A stretch of DNA of 63,555 bases, filler included, from Lenisia limosa (taxonomy: Eukaryota > Protista > Breviatea): assembly GCA_001655205.1 (NCBI GenBank). It is 14 parts of 14 records of this genome, joined end to end, with 100 filler letters (N's around TTAATTAATTAA, not from the genome) between each part and the next. Parts side by side here need not be neighbours in the genome. Positions count along the whole stretch, not along the records: positions 34,501 to 38,404 come from LPNZ01009028.1; positions 38,505 to 42,931 come from LPNZ01005425.1; positions 43,032 to 47,262 come from LPNZ01004763.1; positions 47,363 to 48,704 come from LPNZ01004944.1; positions 48,805 to 57,634 come from LPNZ01003434.1; 9 more parts are not named here. One strand, written 5' to 3'. A model generated the notes under the pieces. It did not search any database. It was not told the DNA's origin and saw only the letters and a program-made list of their open reading frames with translations. Made by a program: the position numbers and the translations under genes. Positions within the stretch are counted from its first letter, which is position 1. Every line of letters begins with the position of its first letter. Below, piece after piece: positions 36,513 to 48,980 of this stretch.

Positions 36513-38330
36513 ATGTTCAAAATTAACAATGAGGTCACAGTATTAACATTTTTACTGCTAGTCTATGCTATTAGCAAGGTAAGAGGGGACAAAGTAGACT
36601 GTAACAACCTTCCACCAACCGTATTCCGCAACTCCAACGGCGTCCTTATGAATAACAAGCCTCATCTTCGTATAAAACTGGTGCTCTTACTTCCTAAAGA
36701 CCAAAAATTCGGAAAAAAGATTCAAAAGGTTGCCCCCCGGTACGGCTCTTCCCTTTTGTTTCCAAAATGGAAAAATTCATGGTCTCTTTTCATCACCTTT
36801 CCTAAATATATATTCACAAAATTAGCAAATATAAAAAGATATTGGATCAGATATCGCGTTACCCAGTTCTTCCCACAAATCAGCCGAGGCCACCTTCGAT
36901 CAGAAGGCAACTAACACTTCCGAAGGATGGGACGAAGCCAACCACTCCCTAACGCGGTATGTCACGGAGCTTATTATGCTGATTGTGTGCATGTCCTGTT
37001 GTGTGTTGAATGGGCTTGTGGTGCATGAATGTATGTTGAAATACGGTTTTGTTTTTTTGGTGATTGTATGTGGAATGGGCTTCTTATGTATGATTATGTG
37101 CTGTAATGGAGCTTTATATGCATGATTCTGTTTGAATTGATAGCATATGTTTATCCTTTCGTTTCAATATAACATAAATGCACTTCCTCTCACCAATTAG
37201 TCTTATGTGGAGCACTTCCATCTTGACGGAGACTATGAGCAGTTCAAACAACGTGGGGGGGGGGTGCTTTTTTGAATCATAAGGAATTATTCATTCTTTT
37301 ACTTTTATCTATTTTCCATGTCGTCAGGCGATTTATAATCTAGAAAGCTTTTTATTTTGATATATTCCATTTCTTAAGTCCCCCTTCCTTCACCTGTTTT
37401 TTTCTGGGATCCACTTGTTACCTTTTAGCTGTTTTTCTCAAATTCGTTCACTGTAGTGCTGGTTTATAACTTTTGCCCATTTATTCGGGCTTCAGCCAGA
37501 TGCAACCTATTTTTATTTTTGTGATAGTAGAGTCCAATATGTTATTATAGTCGTGATAGTGTGGACGGTTTCTGCGAGATACTACATATTTGTATTTCTC
37601 ATCTTAACGAATTAGGCGGATCTTATGATCCTAGTTTCAAAACCGAATTTTAACTGTTACCTATTTCTTCTTACTGTTCAGTTTCTGTTGTTTTGTGCGT
37701 TGTGCTTGGTCTAGTCCTAGGAGCCCTCATCAACGTTTTCATCGGAGTGTTCTTCCTTCTTCTTGCCGCCTTTGCGTACTACGACTACTATACGCACAAC
37801 CCCTCCGTGTATTGGGTAGGCCTTTCATATATATGTATAATATGACTAGAGCTTCCCAACGGTCCCAAAAAAGACTGAGTTTCTCGATAATTTCTCCATG
37901 AATATCGATTTCTTACAGTCTTTTTCGGACTAGCCTTATAATATATGACACAACCCCTAATCCCGTATCCACTGCTAGTGGTATAATTATATTCCGACAA
38001 TACAAACCCTACTATCCACACAACCCCCTGTGTGCTAAGATTATCATAATTTGATATAGTGCAAAGGGTTTCACTGCGATCCGAAAATATCGCGAAATCA
38101 GCGGTAAATATTGATATTTATCGGCCCTTTTCGGGCAAAGTCCCATTTCTATGATATCTACTGTCATATGGTGAAATGCTATTAAAAACAGAATAGTGTG
38201 GGACAGGGGCTTGTTACCAGACAGTCCGCTTCAATCATGTTACAGATCTACTCGGATCGAATTGTTGTCATTCTTTGGGCCAGCAAGCGCGACCGTCAGA
38301 ACAACCTGCCTGTTCGCCCCAAACACACGG
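36513..38330 (+). CDS. Putative single-pass membrane protein, unknown
   Basis: Signal-like MFKINNEVTVLTFLLLVYAISK|gtaag; exon SHKSAEATFDQKATNTSEGWDEANHSLTR; hydrophobic exon CVVLGLVLGALINVFIGVFFLLLAAFAYY. Confidence 0.4.
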
Positions 38331-38726
38331 TAGGCGGAAAAAATGTATACAAATGATACATCTCATATATCGATATAATATCATATATGATAGTATAATA
38401 TATANNNNNNNNNNNNNNNNNNNNNNNNNNNNNNNNNNNNNNNNNNNNTTAATTAATTAANNNNNNNNNNNNNNNNNNNNNNNNNNNNNNNNNNNNNNNN
38501 NNNNTTTGTCCCTGATTCACAGTTTTGTCCCGTGATTCATGTTTTGTCCCATCACATATATATAATATATACCTCATGTATTATAGATGTATATATCATA
38601 TATTATATCATATATGTACGATATCATTTATATATTATTACAACAACATTTTAAAAATTTCAACGGGATTTTATAATTTGGCACTATCACCTCATATCGA
38701 AGTTGATTTCACCTCATGCTTTTTAG

Positions 38727-38915
38727 CATGGGTTCCAGATGGCTTATTTGCACTTGTTGAAGAATGTACACAAGATGATGAAACAAGAAGACCATCTTTT
38801 ACACATCTAGCAAATAGAATTTTAGAAGTTCATGAGCGTGAACTTCTAAGGGAAGTGGGTTTTCATTTTTATTTATAACTTGAAAAAGTGCCTCTTTTTT
38901 GTTTTACAGCTTTGA
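38727..38915 (+). CDS. Protein kinase C-terminal fragment (TK/TKL-like subdomain XI)
   Basis: WVPDGLFALVEECTQDDETRRPSFTHLANRILE (C...D...RPSF motif); 5' part cut at join 38449. Confidence 0.6.
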
Positions 38916-39267
38916 CTATATCTTAATGATGTAATGGGGTTTAAACGAATATTCCTTCAAACACATCCAGAGTGGTCGACGCCCCTTCCTGGTAGTCCCC
39001 GAAAAGACTATATTGTCAGGCAGTCTAATCCATCCAAGGCCATACAAGGTTGAACAAATTTACAAAGAAAAACGGGAAATCGGAAAACATATTGCATAAT
39101 ACAAGCTTAATTCTGCACATTTGAGACCAAATAATAACATTTAAATAGATCAATCTTCGGCAAACTTTTTTCAAAATCGGAAATCAGCAAAAAGTCACCA
39201 CAAATAACAAGTTGGGCTGAATCACTCGAAGTGACACTTTCCATTCACGTTTTATAGGAAATTATTT

Positions 39268-39494
39268 ACATTGTATATCAAATCAAAATATGTGGCTCTT
39301 AAAGACCTGACAGAAACACGAGCCCATTTTGGAAGATTATCGATCACAACTGCTGCAATTGAAAAAATAGCCTCCTTTTCAAATTGTAATACATTTTGCA
39401 AAGTTTTCAGGGGGATTGTGTGACCAAATTGATTAAAATATACGGTATCCACAAATTTTTCAATGTCAAAATCATGAAAGTCAATTTCATTCAA
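39268..39494 (-). CDS. Probable exon, unknown protein
   Basis: Open 75-codon stretch NEIDFHDFDIEKFVDTVYF...ATYFDLIYN bounded by AG and gtaaat. Confidence 0.35.
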
Positions 39495-39580
39495 CTCGGC
39501 AGGTAAAAGGTGAACATTTTGTACAACAACCTATTAAAACAATAAATTTTAACAGCCAACATACCATTATAGGAAAAAAG

Positions 39581-39652
39581 AGACGAGCCGGGATTTGAAC
39601 CCCAGGGATCAAAGAAGCAACGCAGGTATAGACCAATTCCACCACTACCGAC
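39581..39652 (-). pseudogene. tRNA-like sequence (tRNA pseudogene or SINE head)
   Basis: A-box-like TGGTGGAATTGG and B-box GGTTCAAATCCC at tRNA-like spacing; acceptor stem does not pair and anticodon arm is truncated. Confidence 0.35.
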
Positions 39653-40331
39653 TTTGAATACGTTTGAAAGAGAAATCTAAGCGAGATCGAGTGTACAAAA
39701 AAGAGAAAAGTTTAGTTCAGTTCAGTTCCGTGAATTTGTTGTGTTTTTTTGTCCTCAGAAAATTTTCTAATGGCTACTAAACAACCTTTGATTGAATAAA
39801 AATGGACAATTTTAGGGAGATATCGCTATTTTAAGTGGGGAAAAAAAAGGTCCGATGTTCACGGCCAGGTTATGTTCATGGTCAGGTTAGTGTTCACGGT
39901 CAGGTGACGTGCTTTATATTTACTATATTGGTGGGGTGCAATACCTCGACAGGGGGGTATACGCTCGACAAAGGGTGCTATACCTCGACACATCATGTGT
40001 CATTAGACTGATCTAATCAAGAAAAAACTTCATAAAACAATAATATTTTATACAATTTACCACCAAAGATACAACAATTATCCATTAATTTGACTTGCAA
40101 TTGTGGCAAAATGACTGATATGAGTGCCCAAAAGCTCCTATTGGTTTTANNNNNNNNNNGTTAATCATGCATAATTGTACCAAAGAGAAAAGGAAACTTT
40201 TTTTTTCATTTTTGCTGATCGCGATCAAGAATCTTTGAGATCAGCGATCTTTCATTTTTAATTTTTTTGTTTTGTTTTTTTCCTCCCTTTTCAAGTTTAA
40301 GTTGTCTAAAGTTGTGTTTCTTTCCAAAATA

Positions 40332-41730
40332 ATGTCAGTTATTCGTAGATTCGACGATTTACCGGATCAGGTGAGGTTTTTGTTTGGGGCCAATGCTAAA
40401 ACTAATCTTTTTTTTTTACTAATCATTCGAATCAAATCTGTCCGTTGGCTTACTACTACTCTATCGATTCAAAATCTTAATACTATTAGGTTCAAAGCGA
40501 CTTAGAACCTCTGTGGCTTGCTGTCCGAGGATGTCAACAGTTCCAAGCCCTCACAATTGAAGAGCAAATTGTTGCCCTCTACTCTTTTGCGGCCGAGAAA
40601 GGTATCTCTGACTACCTCACAGAGAGCACCGCTGCTGTTATCTTGAATGTTAGAGGGCAATCTTTGGAATGAGGATCTTTTAGTTTGGTATTATTATTAA
40701 ATATACCCTTCTATTTTGAGTTCATCTTCCAATTTTGGCAAGTTTTATTAATACATTAAGGTGAAAAGGAACCAGATATCAAAGTATAAAACTGGAGCTA
40801 TTAGAAGGAAGTCTGGTAAACCCACCTACCTCCACCCAGACATTCAACCTTTGTTTCTAAAATATGTTCTGGAAAGGATTTTGCGTGGTGATAACCCTGG
40901 ATGATAAGCATTGAGGATAATCTATAAATGGTATTCACAATTTCCATAACAAATTTCCTTATAAAATGATCTATTCACACACTAGGCATTCAATACAGTC
41001 AAAGAATTTGCTGAAGTTGTTCCCAAGGCACCACCCAGCAAGGACTGGGCAAAACGTTGGATCCAGTCCCATAGCGACATCTTGAAAGTTGTGGTTGGGG
41101 GAAAAGGAACATTTGAATTGTAAGTTGTTTTATTTACAAAGTACCAATATTNNNNNNNNNNATTTGTTAAATCTTGCCTTTCTCTTCAAATCTAATCACA
41201 AAAATAGACTCCCAATACCCTTGACGCTGCCCGTGATAAGGCCTTGACTGAAGGAAGGCTCATACAGCACGCCGCCGCGCTCGGGGCTGTTGTCGAGGAG
41301 CACCAATTCCATCCGTCTTTCTTGTTAATCAAAAGACTATCAAGGAGGAGGACAGCATCCTACAAGACCATGGAGCAAAAGTCATCCATGCCCCAAATGG
41401 CTGGCAAGTAGGCGGGTTAACTTTTTTTTTGTAATGTTGAGTAATAATCTCAAGATAATTTCATAAACTATATTTTGTCGATAAATTAGTATAAAGGAAG
41501 TCATCAAGTAAAACGTTTGTTAAAAACGTTTGTTTTCAAACAAACACCCTTATTTTGCCATTTTAGGAAGGTCTGCGGGAAGGACGTTCAAATTTTATTC
41601 AAAATATATTCTGATTTTTATCTACTGGGCAAGCCAGCCTTAAAGTGCACAAAAACAAGATTTCAAGCAAATGGCATCGCAGATTATCACTTTTGACGTA
41701 AAAATTGAAATACTTCCTCCGAGAAAGTTA
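40332..41730 (+). mobile_element. Decayed pogo/Fot1-like (CENP-B HTH plus DDE_1) transposase with spliceosomal introns
   Basis: Phase-0 exons MSVIRRFDDLPDQ|...LTIEEQIVALYSFAAEKG...|...PPSKDWAKRWIQSHSDILK|TPNTLDAARDKALT..., then frameshift and loss of the N.DET motif, later APNGWQ and KIEILPP remnants. Confidence 0.65.
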
Positions 41731-42789
41731 TGCGTGATAAAATTAATCACACAAATTTTTCTGTAATAAATTTGTTTGGCATGTACTGGAAAATGATATA
41801 AAACAACCATTAAACTGAAGTTAAACGTGAATTTGGTGGTGGTTCCATGTTGAGGGGTATCTCAATATATACGCTTTATTTGTATTATGCATTCCCAGAA
41901 ATCGACAGACGATCCAGTTTAATGGTAAATAATGCATATATCAACTTCCCAGGAGTTTATCTGGTCGGGATGGAAGAGCATCAAAATTAGGATCGCGAAG
42001 GGCTTTTAACATGAAGATTCGCAAATGCTTGACGGGAGACACTTTAAGTACAATAATGTAAAATAAAACCGCTAAGAGACTTACAGGCGAGAATAGAGGC
42101 TTAGAAACCGTTGAGAAAAGGAAAGACAAAACACAAGTCGCTTCTGAACACTCTCAGATCCCTTATTGTATGCCTCTACTGGCTAATCATTGGATTAAAC
42201 TAGATAAGAGGAAATCTCGAGTTGTTCATCAGAACAATTCTCCTTGTACCACACTGCTTGAGGGGTCACCTAGAATCATGTAGGGGGAAGGGGCAAAATG
42301 GTAATGTTTTGATAATGTCACGAAAAATCAAATCTTTTTCTCGAAAAATATGCTTTATAATATATTATATCAATATAATATCGATATGTGTAAAATATAT
42401 GATATATAGCTATATCATATTTATTATGTCGATATATATTATTATAAAAAAATAAGCAACGGGAAAGGGGAATAAACAACGGGATTTCTGCGCCTGAGCA
42501 TATATATTGTTGTTGTTGAAGAATGAATCATATCCTCAAATTGTTGAATGGTTCTAACAATATTTAGGCAAGGCTTGAATTAGAAAAAAATGTTCTTCAG
42601 AGAACTTTTGAATTGAATGATCTCAATGCTAAACTGAGGAAAGAGGTGTGTCAAATAGTTAAAATATTGAAAATAAAGATTTAAATGATGACAATAATAT
42701 AATAAAGTGCTGTTACTTAATTATAATGATGTCACTTTTGGAGTTTCTATATTATTTTTGTTCAATGTACCATATGCAATTTCGGGATT

Positions 42790-45700
42790 TATTAGCTTGG
42801 TGTTACGCTGTCCAGCGAGCCACAGATGAGGTGCATCGTCATATAGTACATATCATATAATATAAATATACTATATGTGGGTCCTCAAAGCTCCGGACAT
42901 CATTCAAAATTCCCGGACACATCAAAACTCCNNNNNNNNNNNNNNNNNNNNNNNNNNNNNNNNNNNNNNNNNNNNTTAATTAATTAANNNNNNNNNNNNN
43001 NNNNNNNNNNNNNNNNNNNNNNNNNNNNNNNAATTGAGCCAACAGAGTGTGTTTTAGTGTTTTTTTTTTTCTCATTCAGTCCATATTGTTTACCGCTGGA
43101 GTGATGGGATGCGGTGCTGCAGCCCATGTGTGTTTTCAGCCAACAGAGTTGATTTTGGGCTTTTTTATTATTAGTATTATTCACAAATTTTCCAATTTTA
43201 CTCCCCCTTCCCACAGACATCCCAATGCTTCGCAGCCTGCAGCGATTCCACCGAAATATCGAGACCATCGTTGGACAGAATTTGACAATCCCGCAGCTCC
43301 TTCTGAAGTGGGACTCTTTTAGTGGATATGGAACATTTATCATATTATGATATGAATATGGTGGTTCATAATTGTGCTACACTAACCAAGAGATATCTGT
43401 CGTACATTTTCTTTTTTCACTCTCCCCCCGCAGTCCACACAAGATCCCGAGTGTTTTCCGACAGATGTTCAGCCGCATCATGCCGCTTCTTCTCTCAGTT
43501 CCGCTCACTGACTTGTCTATTGCCGACGCCAAAGTGGGGGGTACACTGATTTGCGAAGGAAATTGGTCAAGACTTAACATTTTATGCCGTTTATGGCATG
43601 ACATTAGATCAGCCCAAACAATAACAACACAGCCAATCCCCGATGAAACGTTCTCGAATTTCCCCTCAATTAACGAGCCATTTGAGTCAACGCTCTGCAG
43701 CAGCCGCATCCAGGCAGTAATGAACGCCATTAGCGTCAAGGAGGTTGCTTGGGGTGTCATAATAACTTCGTTTCCCCCAATAAATTCCAATTTCACGCTG
43801 GAATGATGAGATACGGTGCTGTAGAAGCGAATGGCCTGGACTTTGTTTGTTTTGTTGCTATCAACCCTATGTTTTGTCAGTCAACAGAATTGATTTTGGG
43901 CTGATTTTGTTTCAAAAATTTTTCCCATTTACACCCCCCCCCCCNNNNNNNNNNNNNNNNNNNNNNNNNNNNNNNNNNNNNNNNNNNNNNNNNNNNNNNN
44001 NNNNNNNNNNNNNNNNNNNNNNNNNNNNNGAGACTCCATTGAAAGCCCTCGCTAATTCCGAAGCAAGTTTGCTGGGCAAATAGGAAATTAAAACACGAAT
44101 TGGCTCAATGTCCACCCCACACTGACGTAGTATTATATGTCATGAAAATCTCTTGCTGTTCACCGTTTGTTGGCTATTTTTTTTATTCTGTCTTAAAAAC
44201 GCCCCTTTTCACCCCCCTCCCCCCAAGGTCAAGAAGCTCAGCAAGTTGTTGAGACCCTCGGAACCATTGAAAATGCCCTGTTATCAGTTATCGACGCTGG
44301 CAGCCCCAAATGTATCGAAGCAACTGCTCGAAATGTCCTGGCCGTTTCCGCCAACATCATTGACTTCATTATGAGAGCGTACAACGGCACAACCCCCGAG
44401 TGAGGGGTGAATTGTTTCCTGAATAACGTATTATAATATTCTTCGTGTTTACCCCCCGATGTTTACAATTTCAGGTTTGTAATGCAAAATGTCCTCTCTC
44501 TTCCTCAAAAAGTTGGTGTACCTTTCTTGAGACCAACAAATAATGTTTAATTTTTTGTATCAAAAACTGTAATAAAATTATGATAAATAGGGCTTCACTT
44601 CAGCATGAAAAAGACCAATACCATATCGATAGTTAAATTCACTTTTTTTCGAACCGAAGTGAAGCCTTAATGATCAATAGTTTAAATTTTTGAATTGTTT
44701 CTTTCCTGAAAAGTTGAGATACGATAAACGATGGTTTACCCTTTTTACCTGTTGTTTTACTGTCATTGTGCGATAAGACTGTTACTTTACCCTGATAGAT
44801 AACACGGATTACGGCGGACGGTTCAGTGACGGGCAAGGCTGAAAGAGCCGCAGTAGTTGTGCAGTGCATCATGATGGCCCGCACAGCTCTGATGCATTCT
44901 CCTGAACAGAGGTGGGTGAACCGAAGAAGGGGAGTTACTTGTAGAAGGCTTACTAACAAAGAAAGTTCTCATGGCGAAATAGTATTAAAAGAAGAGCAGA
45001 TTTGTCTCAAGATTTTTTCATGATTTTACACAATTAGTGATGATGTTTACTAATAAGGCAACTTATCGCATACATGTATAGACCCCCTTTAACGCTATAG
45101 TGATGCTTTGAAGCTCCTCATCAACTTCTTTACACACTATGACAGCCACACCCAGCAGGACCGTGGCACTGCCATGGTGCCCTTGAGTGGGGGAAGGCTT
45201 GGTATATCTGTACAATACATACTAGAAAATCCAGAGGACTAGTTTATTCGCCGCCCTCATATACCCCGCTACTTTGCCAAGTTCAAAACAGCCATGTGGT
45301 ATAGCCTCTTTCTGCAGTGTACAAAACAGCCATATGATATAGCCTTAATCTGCAGTGTACATGTTTTGTTGCGTGTGTTCAGATAAAAATTGCCCTATTG
45401 ATCAGCCCTGTTCATTTGCGCTCATCCGCAGATATGGTGACGTCAGCGGCAGTATCGTGTCTGAGAGGGGTGCTTGCCAACCCGCTGCACAAGGCTGAAC
45501 TGGTGGGCATTTTACACAATTTTGTGTCTAGTGGCTTGAGGTTATATCTTCGTATACTACATATCATATATATATCATATATGATATGTAGATGTAGATG
45601 TAATATTGTATCATATGTATGAGAAATATCACTCTATCGCCATGAGTACCATCAACCAATACATATGATATGATGTTATATGATGTGTATTTATGGATGT

Positions 45701-47170
45701 TTACCGCCCCCGCCCCAGGAACAACTGGTGCTACAGCCCCTGGAAGAAATCCCGGAAATCAACAAGGACCTTGCTCGTAAGGAGCAGCTTACTGCGTGCA
45801 AGCCGTCACCGTACCTCCTTTTTGCCCTTAATGTTATTAGTGATCGCACCAAGTCAGCGGGGCAATAATGTGTGATACCACCCAGAATTTTTTTAAAATA
45901 AAAACAAATCCTAAGTATAAATCTTGTCACCCCCCACACACACGTGATGGAATGTGGTGCTGAAGAAGCGACTGCTCTTGGTATCGTTTGTTGTTGTTTC
46001 CAACCATAATGTGTCACAAATCTTCGGCCAATAGTTTTTTTTTTTTTTTTTTTTTNNNNNNNNNNNNNNNNNNNNNNNNNNNNNNNNNNNNNNNNNNNNN
46101 NNNNNNNNNNNNNNNNNNNNNNNNNNNNNNNNNNNNNNNNNNNNNNNNNNNNNNNNNNNNNNNNNNNNNNNNNNNNNNNNNNNNNNNNNNNNNNNNNNNN
46201 NNNNNNNNNNNNNNNNNNNNNNNNNNNNNNNNNNNNNNNNNNNNNNNNNNNNNNNNNNNNNNNNNNNNNNNNNNNNNNNNNNNNNNNNNNNNNNNNNNNN
46301 NNNNNNNNNNNNGGTGAAGCAGAACAGGTGTTATGACAACGCAGTTTCAATGGTTCGCAAAGGTGTCCTTTCAACGAAATCGCGCACATCGATGCCAAAG
46401 CTGATGATTGACATGCCTACTATCACCAAGGTGGGCCCCATTATTCTTTTCTACTTCTCCAAGTCTCTGCACACCTTCCCCATATGACCCTCCAAGCCGC
46501 TGTCTCCAAAGGTGCTGATTAATGCTGTTGATATGCTGGCCAAAAAAGCTACGTAAGGGGGGGGGGGGNNNNNNNNNNNNNNNNNNNNNNNNNNNNNNNN
46601 NNNNNNNNNNNNNNNNNNNNNNNNNNNNNNNNNNNNNNNNNNNNNNNNNNNNNNNNNNNNNNNNNNNNNNNNNNNNNNNNNNNNNNNNNNNNNNNNNNNN
46701 NNNNNNNNNNNNNNNNNNNNNNNNNNNNNNNNNNNNNNNNNNNNNNNNNNNNNNNNNNNNNNNNNNNNNNNNNNNNNNNNNNNNNNNNNNNNNNNNNNNN
46801 NNNNNNNNNNCACTCTGTGCCATTCCGAAGACCTTCTCTCCAAATGCAGCGACGACGAAATTAAGTGGCTCGTTACCAAGGCTTACGATGACGTCTATGT
46901 GAAGAACCTTCATACGGGTTTGTGTGTGTAGTTTGATGCCCCCGTGTATTATGCACCCAATAATACTTTTTCACTACAGCATTTGATATACCTATACATA
47001 TTAAACCCAGATGTTCATATACTTACTTAGGGATTCTATTCAATCAATCAATACCTTACCCTCCCGCAGAATTTGCCTGTTCAATGCTTGCCGGACTTGG
47101 GGAGGCTAAAATAGGCCCATCTTCCGAGACTTTCCTGGGACCCTGCACCGCTGAACTCACCCTACCTTTC
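42790..47170 (+). CDS. Large helical (HEAT/ARM-like) protein fragments, unknown
   Basis: At least 12 GT-AG exons, e.g. GQEAQQVVETLGTIENALLSVIDAGSPKCIEATARNVLAVSANIIDFIMRAY and ITRITADGSVTGKAERAAVVVQCIMMARTALMH; the 42790 exon lies before join 42976 and may belong to another gene. Confidence 0.55.
43085..43216 (+). repeat. Family C (C1) copy ending at the 3' splice site
   Basis: ...cacaaattttccaattttactcccccttcccacag|exon DIPMLRSLQRF. Confidence 0.8.
43775..43944 (+). repeat. Family C (C1) copy making up most of a visible intron
   Basis: Starts ~30 nt after donor gttgcttgggg (43744) and runs into poly-C and a gap. Confidence 0.8.
44588..44669. mobile_element. hAT-type MITE family A
   Basis: tagggcttcacttc...gaaccgaagtgaagcctta; flanks atgataaa/atgatcaa. 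Confidence 0.85.
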
Positions 47171-47435
47171 GTGAGGAGGGAGGGGTATGCATGTAATATC
47201 AATGTGGTATATTATACTATGTGTGTGTCATTGATTGAATCTAAAACAGTTTTTGGAGAGCTNNNNNNNNNNNNNNNNNNNNNNNNNNNNNNNNNNNNNN
47301 NNNNNNTTAATTAATTAANNNNNNNNNNNNNNNNNNNNNNNNNNNNNNNNNNNNNNNNNNNNTGATATACTCAAGAATCCATCCTCACATACCTCCATCC
47401 TCCTTCAGTAGAATTTATACCTATTCCACTCCATA

Positions 47436-48556
47436 CCTTAGCAGCGGTTTCCTTGAGAGCGGCAATGTCAGCCGTGAGCTTCACAATGCGGTCCTCAGCC
47501 TTGACAAGTTCGGCCTTGGTCTTTCCAACTGCCTAATATGGTAAGTTGATCGCTCTCAAACTGGGCAATACCCCCCCCCCCCCCCCNNNNNNNNNNNNNN
47601 NNNNNNNNNNNNNNNNNNNNNNNNNNNNNNNNNNNNNNNNNNNNNNNNNNNNNNNNNNNNNNNNNNNNNNNNNNNNNNNNNNNNNNNNNNNNNNNNNNNN
47701 NNNNNNNNNNNNNNNNNNNNNNNNNNNNNNNNNNNNNNNNNNNNNNNNNNNNNNNNNNNNNNNNNNNNNNNNNNNNNNNNNNNNNNNNNNNNNNNNNNNN
47801 NNNNNNNNNNNNNNNNNNNNNNNNNNNNNNNNNNNNNNCCAATATGATACATACACTAAACTCCCTCCATCCCCCTCACTGTCAAGCTCTTGACCTGATC
47901 GAACTGCTTATCGGCCTTCTCTTCAACCTTCTTGAGTTGTGCCTGGGTCTTTGCGAGGTCTTGTTCGGCCTTGGCTGTGTCAACTCCAGAGCCCTATTTG
48001 GTGAAAAATAAAAATATATACATGTAAAAAAACGTATTGTAAAAAAGTACCCAACGCTTCAAACGTATGTGTGATAGTCAAAATTATGTTATAAAAAGTT
48101 AATGGCAGAGTACCCTTCATTTCCCTTATTCCCGAAATTTAGCTGAGGTAGGGCTTCCCTATGATCCAAAAAAACGAGTTTAACGATGAAACAGTTAATG
48201 AAGAAGTGACGTTAAAAGAAGGAGGTTCATCCCAAAACATAGAGAAAAAGATGGGAAAACGAGGCTACCTTCTTTTTCTCAGCAGTTTCGAGCTTCTTTG
48301 TCACTGCCTTGAGTTTGGCCTGAATAGTGAGGAGTATTCAACTTTTGAAATCCACGATACTAATGTAAACTGTCACCACCCGCCCCCATCAGTGCAAAAA
48401 AACAAAACCCAAAAAATATGTAAAATAATCCTTCATACTCAATAACACACACCCTTCCAAGCGATTAAGAACAAGAATCCTCCCATGAGATAACCCCCAT
48501 ACATTGACCTTGGCAAGTTCGTTTTCGGCAGTCTTTTTGGACTTCTCCGCTTCAGA
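47436..48556 (-). CDS. Coiled-coil protein fragment, Ala/Lys/Glu-rich
   Basis: Phase-0 exons SEAEKSKKTAENELAK|AKLKAVTKKLETAEKKK|GSGVDTAKAEQDLAKTQAQLKKVEEKADKQFDQ|AVGKTKAELVKAEDRIVKLTADIAALKETAAK. Confidence 0.65.
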
Positions 48557-48980
48557 CTAAGAGGAATATGAGACAAAGTCGGAAAACAAAAGTTTCAATA
48601 TACTGTCGTTGTCAGATAGGATAACAGTGGACACATTTGAAAAAAAGCACCAATATGAGTCACAGTCAATTAGCCCTCCTCCCCCCACAGAAGTAAAATA
48701 TTACNNNNNNNNNNNNNNNNNNNNNNNNNNNNNNNNNNNNNNNNNNNNTTAATTAATTAANNNNNNNNNNNNNNNNNNNNNNNNNNNNNNNNNNNNNNNN
48801 NNNNATGTGGGGTAGAAGGGATGGTAGTTTGTAAAAATGTGTGGGGGGTGAGGTATCAATTACTCTTTGAGCAAGTTGAAAATAGAGTTGGAGATTGAAT
48901 CAATTTGAGAAATCTGCCTATTGTTGGAGACCATGTTTTTATTTTGGATTTTAAAAATATATCTCACTTTATCCTTTTAG

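Noticed and set aside
38910-39053. In-frame TGA followed by ~46 open codons after the kinase fragment (readthrough or recoding)
   Set aside because: TGA, TAA and TAG all serve as ordinary stops elsewhere in the window; an open stretch of this length is expected by chance.
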